Assembly (NCBI GenBank): GCA_000175855.1
Contig: ACYB01000029.1
Span: forward strand, 1 to 32,000
Source: Raphidiopsis brookii D9
Lineage (GTDB): Bacteria; Cyanobacteriota; Cyanobacteriia; Cyanobacteriales; Nostocaceae
DNA: 32,000 bases
Direction: 5' to 3'
A program made the position numbers and the translations under genes. Shown piece by piece: positions 1-7,384 of this stretch (the first letter of the stretch is position 1; each line of letters starts with the position of its first letter). Below the pieces are notes generated by a model. The model ran no database searches. It had not been told where the DNA came from and saw nothing but the letters and a program-made list of their open reading frames with translations.

Positions 1-90
1 AGGTGGGGGGATCAAGCGATCGCCCCACCTCCCCTCACCTCCCATCGCCAAATTTACTATAATAGGTTAGTCCTACCTGAACTAAAGATA

Positions 91-900
91 ATGGTCACTA
101 CTGTAAAACTAGTCCCAACTCTACCAACACAGGACGAATTGCCTTACGATGATGGAGTGCCAATGGAAAGCCCACGACACAAACTGCAACTAGAGATCCT
201 AACAGAAACTCTGACTCCGTGGTTAGAACAGAGAGAAGATGGTTTCATGGGTGGGGACATGTTTGTATACTTCAGTGCCAATGAAGTCAAAACAGAGGAT
301 TTCAAGGGACCAGACTTCTTTACGGTATTAGGGGTGCCAAAGGGAGAGCGGAAAAGTTGGGTAGTATGGCAAGAGGGAAAAGGTCCCGACGTGATTGTAG
401 AGCTGTTGTCAGAGAGTACGGCTAAAACAGATAAGACGACCAAGAAGAGCATCTACCAGAACCAAATGAGGGTGCCAGAATATTTTTGGTATGACCCTTT
501 TAACCCGGAAGACTGGAAGGGATTTAAACTAATAAATGGAGTTTATAAGCCTTTAGAATTGGTAGAAGGTGGGTATATAAGTGAACAGATAAATTTAAAA
601 CTGGTATTATGGGAAGGGAGTTTTAAAGGATTAAATATAGTGTGGCTAAGGTGGGCAACGTTGGAAGGGGAGCTGTTACCAACCCAACAAGAAAAGATAC
701 AACGGGAATATGAACGAAGAGAGATAGCAGAAGCTTTAGTTATTCAAGAGCGTCAGGAAAAAGAGATAGCACAAGCCCTGGCTATTCAAGAGCGTCAGGA
801 AAAAGAGATAGCACAAGCTCTGGCTATTCAAGAGCGTCAAAAGAACGAAAAATTAGCTGTTTACTTACGTTCCCTTGGTATCAACCCAGATGAAATTTGA
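91..900 (+). CDS. Uma2 family endonuclease (DUF820-like), C-terminal 14-aa tandem repeats
   Basis: 269-aa ORF with Uma2-type core (PDFFTVLGVPKG..., PDVIVELLSEST..., VPEYFWYDP) followed by a repetitive EIAQALAIQERQEK coiled-coil-like tail. Confidence 0.9.
   Translation: MVTTVKLVPTLPTQDELPYDDGVPMESPRHKLQLEILTETLTPWLEQREDGFMGGDMFVYFSANEVKTEDFKGPDFFTVLGVPKGERKSWVVWQEGKGPDVIVELLSESTAKTDKTTKKSIYQNQMRVPEYFWYDPFNPEDWKGFKLINGVYKPLELVEGGYISEQINLKLVLWEGSFKGLNIVWLRWATLEGELLPTQQEKIQREYERREIAEALVIQERQEKEIAQALAIQERQEKEIAQALAIQERQKNEKLAVYLRSLGINPDEI
721..846 (+). repeat. 42-bp tandem repeat, 3 units, in frame within the Uma2 gene
   Basis: Units 721-762, 763-804 and 805-846, each beginning gagatagca(g/c)aagc and containing ttattcaagagcgtca or ctattcaagagcgtca. 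Confidence 0.92.
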
Positions 901-1053
901 ATCTCTAAGTTACAATTGTATTATCAGTCGCAGTCTCGCTTTACCCTAAACCTTACTCCAGTCCCAAAAGCGATCGCACGTGCCATAAAAAACAATGTGT
1001 AATCAGTCACAATTTCCACACCGGGCGATCGCATTTGTTCCCCTATCTTCCCA

Positions 1054-1238
1054 GTCTTGTGCTGTCATTTCTGTTGCTTCCAAGAGAGTTCAAACCTTCT
1101 AAAAGCATGGTTTGTAGTTGTTGGTTTGCTCTGGAGTTTTTGGTCTTGTCGCACTAATTCCCGAAAGTATTCGCGCTCCTATGCTGTAACCACTTTGCGC
1201 TAATATTCTACGTAAGATCCCATGGTGTCAGGTAAGGA
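1054..1238. repeat. Left arm of a ~185-bp imperfect inverted repeat (partner 2615-2797)
   Basis: gtcttgtgctgtcatttctgttgcttc...catggtgtcaggtaagga is largely the reverse complement of 2615-2797. Confidence 0.85.
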
Positions 1239-1315
1239 AATATTTATGCTTTTCATCGGGTGATTTATACAATAATCCAACATCATTTGATATAATGTAA
1301 AAAAGTCATCACATT

Positions 1316-1567
1316 ATGATAAAAACTATGTCACAGACTGGATTAAATCTATTCATTCCGATGGAGTTACTAATTAACTCTTTAAATTCCCTAAGTTTAT
1401 CAGAAAAACAACAACTTTGGCGTATTCTTGATGAAGCGATCGCTGATGCTGAAGAAGAAAGTTGGCGAGAAGATGAAGAGACTAAAAAAGAAATTCAATT
1501 AGTCCGTGAGGAATATACGAATGGGGAATATATGACTTTTCAACAGTATCTAAATCAGAGAAAATAG
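1316..1567 (+). CDS. Putative antitoxin of a type II toxin-antitoxin module (RelB/addiction-module-like)
   Basis: 83-aa acidic ORF (LSLSEKQQLWRILDEAI...) ending 5 nt before a RelE/ParE-like toxin ORF. Confidence 0.8.
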   Translation: MIKTMSQTGLNLFIPMELLINSLNSLSLSEKQQLWRILDEAIADAEEESWREDEETKKEIQLVREEYTNGEYMTFQQYLNQRK

Positions 1568-1572
1568 ATACT

Positions 1573-1833
1573 ATGACCTACAAGATTATTATTACTAAAT
1601 CTATTCAGAAACAATTAGATAATCTTCCTAGTAATATACAAGACCGTGTATATGAGAAGATTTCCCAACTTGCAGAAGAACCTCGTCCTGATGGAGTGGC
1701 TAAGTTGAAAGGATATGATAATGAATATCGAATTAGAATAGGAGATTATCGTCTAGTTTATGAAATTCAAGATGAGAAATTAATAGTTTTAATTCTTCAA
1801 TGTAAGCATCGTCGTGATGTTTATAAAAAATAA
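1573..1833 (+). CDS. RelE/ParE family toxin
   Basis: 86 aa with RelE/ParE hallmarks: IQKQLDNLP...AEEPRPDGVAKLKGYDNEYRIRIGDYRLVYEI...HRRDVYKK. Confidence 0.93.
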   Translation: MTYKIIITKSIQKQLDNLPSNIQDRVYEKISQLAEEPRPDGVAKLKGYDNEYRIRIGDYRLVYEIQDEKLIVLILQCKHRRDVYKK

Positions 1834-1871
1834 AGGATGTTGGGTTTCCTTGCGTCAACCCAACCTAAAAA

Positions 1872-2465
1872 CTACTTTTTAATACCTTTAATAAATTCTG
1901 TTCTCCCATCAATAATGGAAGGTATTAAAACACAAGTTACTAACAAATATATATCTAAATCTGGCAATAATTGACTTTGATTAATTTGCTCATAATTACC
2001 ATTTTTCAAATGATATAGAAATAATTTATCATTCTCCCAAAACCAAACTTCAGTAATATTAAACCGTTTATATTTTTCCAGTTTATCAATACTTCCACTG
2101 GTAATATTAACCTCAATTGCTAAATCTGGATTTTCCTTTTTCTCTCCGATATAATAAGATTCATCAGGTTCAAAGGAAGCGCCCTTTTCTTTTGCGCGAC
2201 GGGTAGCACTACCGACTGGGATAAAGTTGATCCCTTTTTCACAAAAGTATAATTCTAGTAAAAACCCAAGAATGGTTTTAATCATTTCGTGTTGTTCACC
2301 AAGTGTCATAAATTCGATGCACCCATCAAGATAAGTTATCCGCAAACCTGCTGCATCTGCGGTTAAGGTTTCTATTGTTTCAAATTCCTCCCAGGTGTAA
2401 TGGCCAGGTAGAAGAAATCGCTGTTCAGAAATTGTGGTAGTTTTGTCTAAGGTTTGGATAGTCAT
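1872..2465 (-). CDS. Uma2 family endonuclease
   Basis: 197-aa ORF: ETLTADAAGLRITYLDGCIEFMTLGEQHE...PDESYYIG...PDLAIEVNITSGSIDKLEKYKRFNITEVWFWEN, an Uma2 core with PD-(D/E)XK-like motif. Confidence 0.93.
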   Translation of the reverse strand: MTIQTLDKTTTISEQRFLLPGHYTWEEFETIETLTADAAGLRITYLDGCIEFMTLGEQHEMIKTILGFLLELYFCEKGINFIPVGSATRRAKEKGASFEPDESYYIGEKKENPDLAIEVNITSGSIDKLEKYKRFNITEVWFWENDKLFLYHLKNGNYEQINQSQLLPDLDIYLLVTCVLIPSIIDGRTEFIKGIKK

Positions 2466-2502
2466 AGTAAGTTTATGTTTATGACTTTAAGTTTCATTAT
2501 AA

Positions 2503-2634
2503 CTCATGGTGTCAGGTAAGGAAATATTGATGCTTTTCATCAGGTGAATTTTTGAATGTTGTTTTCTCTATCATGGCGGTTTTTGTCATTTTCTGCTGTT
2601 GGGAGAAAAGACCATCCTTACCTGACACCATGAG
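2503..2634. mobile_element. Putative 132-bp MITE-like element with 20-bp perfect terminal inverted repeats
   Basis: ctcatggtgtcaggtaagga (2503-2522) and its exact reverse complement tccttacctgacaccatgag (2615-2634). No internal ORF. Confidence 0.6.
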
Positions 2635-2797
2635 AGCTTACAGAACTCGTAGCGCAACGTGATTACAGCAGCGGAGCGCGAATACTTTCGGGAATTAGTG
2701 CGACAAGACCAAAAACAAAGAGCAAAAGAACAAGTACAAACCATGCTTTTAGAAGGTTTAAACTCTCTTTGAAGCAACAGAAATGACAGCACAAGAC
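2615..2797. repeat. Right arm of a ~185-bp imperfect inverted repeat (partner 1054-1238)
   Basis: gagcgcgaatactttcgggaattagtgcgacaagacc...accatgcttttagaaggttt...gcaacagaaatgacagcacaagac is near-identical to the reverse complement of 1054-1190. Confidence 0.85.
2655..2782 (+). pseudogene. 3' remnant of an Uma2-family or related gene
   Basis: Reads EREYFRELVRQDQKQRAKEQVQTMLLEGLNSL*, resembling repetitive C-terminal tails of Uma2 proteins, with no catalytic core attached. Confidence 0.45.
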
Positions 2798-2822
2798 TTT
2801 ACCATCTGTTAGAATAAGTAAG

Positions 2823-3950
2823 TTGGACTGAAAAAACCAAACTATGTGAAGATAAATAAATAGGATATACCGAGGTGATAAGATATGGGAGCTCGTTTAA
2901 GGGTATTTCTGACAAGTGAGGAAGATAAAACGCTGTTTAATCTAAGAAGTGCGGATGTACCACAGAAAGTCAAAGACCGAGCAGAAGTGATTAGGTTAAA
3001 TGCACATGGATGGTACGTGGAAAAAATAGCAGCTCATTTTAACTGGACTTCACAAACAGTTAGAGAGGTTTTACATAAATGGGAAAAGTTTGGTCTAGAA
3101 GGACTGTGGGAAAAATCTGGTCGAGGAGGAAAACCGAAATACAGGGATTCAGACATAGAATTTCTGGAGGAATGCCTGAAAAAAGAACCACGTACATACA
3201 ACAGTGTTCAATTAGCTCAAAAGTTAGAGACGGAACGCTCGGTTAAACTAAGTCCCGATAGGTTAAGACGGGTACTAAAAAAAAGGGGATCATTTGGAAA
3301 AGAACCAGAAAAAGCCACAAAGGAAAACAAGACCCAGAAAGTAAACAAATCAAGCAAGCAGACCTAGATATGTTGGAATTATCCGCTGCTGGGGGAGAAA
3401 TAGACTTGAAATATTTAGATGAATCAGGTTTTTGTATGTGGAGTGAACCGAGTTATACATATTACCAAAGAGGGGAGCAAAAAAACTTAGAGCAAACAAA
3501 ACGCCGTGGTCGAAGACTAAGTATTATTGGTCTTCTTCAACCCTTAATTAGTTTTGTTTACGGTTTAGTAATTGGGGGGGTGAATCGCAAATCTTATATT
3601 GAAATGATGGAGCATGAAGCCGAAGAAGCAGAAAAACTGGGACGTATAAGAGTAATAGTACAGGATAATGGTCCAATACATCAATGCAAAGAAGTGAGAA
3701 AGTTATGGTCAAAATGGGAGAGTCAGAATTTATACATTTTCTTTCTGCCCAAATATTGCTCTGAGATGAATCCAATTGAATTAGAGTGGAAACACCTTAA
3801 AAAAGATGAGATATCGGGAAAAATGTTTGAAGATGAGTTAGAGCTTGCTTATGCCGTAATGGATGGAGTAAACGCTAGGGGAAAAAGAAATAAGCATAGT
3901 ACAGAACGTATTAAATTTAACAACTCTTGCCTTTCTTAACCTTTCGTTAC
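2823..3950 (+). mobile_element. IS630-family insertion sequence (boundaries approximate)
   Basis: Contains the intact transposase. Exact terminal inverted repeats could not be resolved by eye. The right boundary lies before the truncated IS607-type recombinase. Confidence 0.6.
2885..3939 (+). CDS. IS630 family transposase in two overlapping frames joined by a -1 frameshift near 3283
   Basis: ORF 2885-3367 has an HTH N-terminal domain (AEVIRLNAHGWYVEKIAAHFNWTSQTVREVLHKWEKFGLEGLWEKSGRGGKPK). The -1 frame from 3283 reads KGIIWKRTRKSHKGKQDPESKQIKQADLDMLELSAAGGEIDLKYLDESGFCMW...VIVQDNGPIHQCK...LPKYCSEMNPIELEWKHLKK, a DDE domain. Confidence 0.92.
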
Positions 3951-3962
3951 ATAGCTATAAAT

Positions 3963-4391
3963 TTCCCAGCCGACTTACTTAGTTCCTCAAAACAACGAGA
4001 TGACCTTGATAGGCAAGTTGCCTACATGCAATCCCTCTATCCAGGAGCAGAGATCATCAAGGATGTCGGGTCAGGACTTAACTTTAAAAGGAAAGGTTTG
4101 CTCTCCTTACTGGACAGACTTTTGCGCGGAGATAAATTCATCCTTGTTGTTGCCTGTCGGGATAGACTCGCAAGATTCGGATTTGATCTCGTACAATACA
4201 TGGTCGAGCAGAACGGTGGACAAATCTTGGTTCTCGATCAAACTATACACTGCCCACAATCAGAACTTACCCAGGATTTACTCTCAATTCTTCACGTCTT
4301 TTCCTACCGAATACAGGGACTCAGGAAATACTCTAAAAAAATCAAAGAAGATTTATCTGAAAATGACTTCAGCAAAAAAACAGAAGATTAA
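3963..4391 (+). pseudogene. tnpA: IS607-family serine recombinase TnpA, N-terminally truncated
   Basis: LLSSSKQRDDLDRQVAYMQSLYPGAEIIKDVGSGLNFKRKGLLSLLDRLLRGDKFILVVACRDRLARFGFDLVQYMVEQNGG; the N-terminal HTH and the catalytic-serine context (Y-x-RVSSSKQ) are lost or altered at the boundary. Confidence 0.88.
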
Positions 4392-4556
4392 ATATTGGTT
4401 TGGTGTTTCTAGATTTGTATATAACGAAACAATCGGTTATTTGCAAAATATGGTAGAACCATGAACCGAGATTTGAATGGTGCGGGAGGAATTTATGTTC
4501 GTGCACTGGTTGATGCGCCTTGGGTAAGAGAAAACGTTAACTTATGTATTTGTTAA
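4330..4556 (+). pseudogene. tnpB: TnpB (RNA-guided nuclease family) remnant: N-terminal start and C-terminal end with the whole core deleted
   Basis: Frame 1 reads KKIYLKMTSAKKQKIKYWFGVSRFVYNETIGYLQN (to ~4464). Directly after it, frame 0 (4464-4556) reads NRDLNGAGGIYVRALVDAPWVRENVNLCIC*, the TnpB C-terminal motif (D-R-D-x-NGA). Confidence 0.85.
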
Positions 4557-4625
4557 CGTTAGTTAGCAAAAAAGTATCAGAAACGGAAATATAAAAGAAC
4601 AATATGAAGCACATATCCAGATATT

Positions 4626-5375
4626 ATGAGGTGGACTGAGAACAGTTTAGTAGAGTTAATTACTCAAAAGTAGGGCCTAGTTTGCAAGCAAAAGATATTA
4701 AGGAGCAACTAAAGTCATTGAGTCAGACAGCCATGACGATAGATCCCCAATTAGCCAAAAGACTAGATGAGGTCAATCGTTGGGTAAAATGTATTCGTCC
4801 CGGTTCCCTAACAGCCAAACCCTATGTGCTGGCATTTCTCCTGGAAGTAATTACAGACTCAAGAATTTGGCTAGTAATTCAATCAACATCAGACCCGGTG
4901 GCCAAAAAGACAAAATTTGAGCAGATGACCGCTAATGAAAGGTATTGGTATGGTTATTTGTTCCCTAAGTGGATTAACTCCAGTGATACCAAATTTTACA
5001 TTTGGAAGAAAAAAATTATGGCGGGGGAATTTAATCAGTTGGATAATGATATTATTAGACTAATGGCCCAAGAGATAGAACGTCGGGAGGGTCAGGTTTG
5101 GCAACGCTATATTGCTGATCTTTCCATGGCTACAGACTTAATAGTGAGTAATCATCAACATAAACCACTTTGTATCCAGGTTACCAGTGTCAGTAAAGAG
5201 TTACACGCAAAAAAATAATGACAAGTGGCAACGCGCCATGCAAATTTGGCAAATAGAGAGAGGACTGTTTCTAAGTTATGATCCTGCTAACAATGACTTT
5301 ATTCGTCAGTCAGTAAATGTGTTGCTGTATAACAGTGATCATCTTTCTGAGGGTAAATACGTAAAATTTTCCTGA
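4626..5375 (+). pseudogene. Hypothetical protein, possible PD-(D/E)XK-like nuclease, coding frame broken twice
   Basis: Concatenated translation MRWTENSLVELITQK|VGPSLQAKDIKEQL...GQVWQRYIADLSMATDLIVSNHQHKPLCIQVTSVSKELHAK|NNDKWQRAMQIWQIERGLFLSYDPANNDFIRQSVNVLLYNSDHLSEGKYVKFS. Frame changes lie at ~4670 and ~5210-5216. The nuclease assignment is inference only. Confidence 0.5.
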
Positions 5376-5385
5376 TAGTGGATTT

Positions 5386-5907
5386 TTGATATCCGTTGCC
5401 CAATTATCTAAAATGTTACAGCTCACAACAGCATTTATGCTTAATCAAAAAGAAATGAACAGCATTACTCAAGTGGATGAATTGGCTGAAATTTTAACAG
5501 CGGCCCGCAGAATGCAGCAAGAGTGGTTAGAGTATGGAGTAAATTATGTACATCTTTACGTAGAAGATGTGGAGGGGGATTGGTTGGAGAAGTGGGGTGA
5601 AAATGAAGAGGTAGTAGAAAATCTGTTATTAGATCAGATCAAGGAATTTTTGATAAGTAACGATGACATTGCGGTGAAAATTAGGCATGGTTTGCGAGAT
5701 AGGTCACTTTTTGAATTAGCAGTAGATTTAGCAGCATATTTGGGGGTTGATTCAGGAGAGGAAAAAGTGTCTGTACTGATGGATATTTTAAGTAATTACT
5801 TAGATTTGTGTGATCTGGATTTAATTGATTTAGCCAGTAGATTAATGGTTGATGTTCTCCCGATTTCTCGGGAGAGTTCCCTCGGGCAACTTACTAAGTA
5901 TAAATGA
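5386..5907 (+). CDS. Hypothetical protein, acidic and helical
   Basis: 173-aa ORF beginning 10 nt after the preceding gene. TTG start, or ATG at 5413. No recognised family. Confidence 0.55.
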   Translation: MISVAQLSKMLQLTTAFMLNQKEMNSITQVDELAEILTAARRMQQEWLEYGVNYVHLYVEDVEGDWLEKWGENEEVVENLLLDQIKEFLISNDDIAVKIRHGLRDRSLFELAVDLAAYLGVDSGEEKVSVLMDILSNYLDLCDLDLIDLASRLMVDVLPISRESSLGQLTKYK

Positions 5908-6051
5908 TTACTATTCAGTATTCAATCCCCAAACCTGCTCAAATGATGGTATAATTGTTGATAACTTTGGAAAAAATGGCTAAACAACGACAATTTTTCC
6001 ATATTCCACAGTTGTTGCTATTGTTAGATACCTCCTGACTAAAAAATTGCA

Positions 6052-6837
6052 ATGTTAGACCAAATATCACAGTACCTACAGTTTAATCTTAGTATAGAAG
6101 CACCCATAGTGCTAACCGTTCTGGTTTTCCTAGAAGCAGTGTTGTCTGCGGACAATGCTATTGCTTTAGCTGTAATTGCCCAGGGACTAGAAGATAAAAA
6201 ACTAGAACGTCGGGCTCTCAATGTGGGCTTGATTATAGCTTATATCCTAAGAATTAGTCTACTACTGACAGCTACCTGGGTACAACAATTCTGGCAATTT
6301 GAATTATTGGGTGCTCTCTACCTGTTATGGTTGGTATTCCAACATTTTACATCTGAGGAAAGAGCAGATCATCACCACCATGGGCCAAGATTTAAATCTT
6401 TGTGGCAAGCTATACCTGTAATCGCTTTTACTGATCTGGCTTTTTCTTTAGATAGTGTAACCACAGCTATAGCGGTTTCCCAAGAAACATGGTTAGTTTT
6501 AACAGGTACAACTATTGGGGTAGTTACGCTAAGATTTATGGCAGAGCTATTTATTCGCTGGTTAGATGAATATGAAAACTTAGGAGATGCAGGTTATATC
6601 ACTGTAGCACTAGTAGGTCTACGTCTATTATTAAAGGTGCTAAACGAAGCCTTTGTTCCTCCTCAATGGTTAATGGTAGGTGCGATCGCCATCATTTTGG
6701 TTTGGGGTTTTTCTAAGCGCAATATTGTTGATCAAGTTGAAATAGAACAAACAGAGGAAATAGAGGAAACGGAAAAACCCAGGTTTAATGGAACGGGAGA
6801 AATAGGAAATCTATTTATCTATTTTCCCCACTCCTAA
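6052..6837 (+). CDS. TerC family membrane protein
   Basis: LVFLEAVLSADNAIALAVIAQGLEDKKLERRALNVGL... and FTDLAFSLDSVTTAIAVSQETWLVLTGTTIGVVTLRFMA are TerC signatures. Confidence 0.92.
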   Translation: MLDQISQYLQFNLSIEAPIVLTVLVFLEAVLSADNAIALAVIAQGLEDKKLERRALNVGLIIAYILRISLLLTATWVQQFWQFELLGALYLLWLVFQHFTSEERADHHHHGPRFKSLWQAIPVIAFTDLAFSLDSVTTAIAVSQETWLVLTGTTIGVVTLRFMAELFIRWLDEYENLGDAGYITVALVGLRLLLKVLNEAFVPPQWLMVGAIAIILVWGFSKRNIVDQVEIEQTEEIEETEKPRFNGTGEIGNLFIYFPHS

Positions 6838-6846
6838 TTCTCTAAT

Positions 6847-7338
6847 CTATTCTTCTGCTAACCAAGGAGCTATATGAGGTGTCCAGTTGACCAACTCCTC
6901 TTCCTTAAACCATAGTGAAATTTCTCGTTGTGCAGTTTCAGGCGCATCAGATCCGTGGATCAGGTTGCGACCAATGTTAATCCCAAAATCACCGCGAATT
7001 GTTCCTGGTTCTGAGGTTAAGGGGTTAGTAGCACCGATAATTTTTCTAGCAGATGGGACTACACCTTCACCTTGCCAAACCATAGCTACCACCGGACCAG
7101 AAGTGATAAACTCAACCAAGCTGGCAAAAAAAGGTCTTTCCTTATGAACATCATAATGCTGTTCAGCCAGTTCCTTACTGACCTTCATAAACTTTAAACC
7201 CACTAGGGTAAAACCCTTGGTTTCAAAGCGACGGATAATTTCTCCCGCAAGTCCCCGTTGGACTCCATCAGGCTTAATGGCAATAAAAGTGCGTTCCAAA
7301 GCTGTCTCCAAAGGCATAAAAAAGTCATCTTTGATCAT
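6847..7338 (-). CDS. ndk: Nucleoside diphosphate kinase (true start may be TTG at 7299)
   Basis: [37 protein letters not shown]...[20 protein letters not shown]. Confidence 0.97.
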   Translation of the reverse strand: MIKDDFFMPLETALERTFIAIKPDGVQRGLAGEIIRRFETKGFTLVGLKFMKVSKELAEQHYDVHKERPFFASLVEFITSGPVVAMVWQGEGVVPSARKIIGATNPLTSEPGTIRGDFGINIGRNLIHGSDAPETAQREISLWFKEEELVNWTPHIAPWLAEE

Positions 7339-7384
7339 TGTTAACGGTATGTACCACTTTTGTCTAGTAGTTCCAGGAAGAAAT

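Noticed and set aside
3548-3775. Minus-strand ORF inside the IS630 transposase
   Set aside because: Antisense to a well-supported DDE domain with no family similarity.
2823-3960. Precise IS630 terminal inverted repeats (tentative actatgtgaag / cgttacatagct similarity)
   Set aside because: Match too weak to define ends by eye. Needs alignment of multiple copies.
7217-7384. N-terminal extension of the 7217-7834 ORF ([19 protein letters not shown]...)
   Set aside because: It runs antisense through the ndk 5' end and is low-complexity. ATG at 7385 begins the plausible protein.
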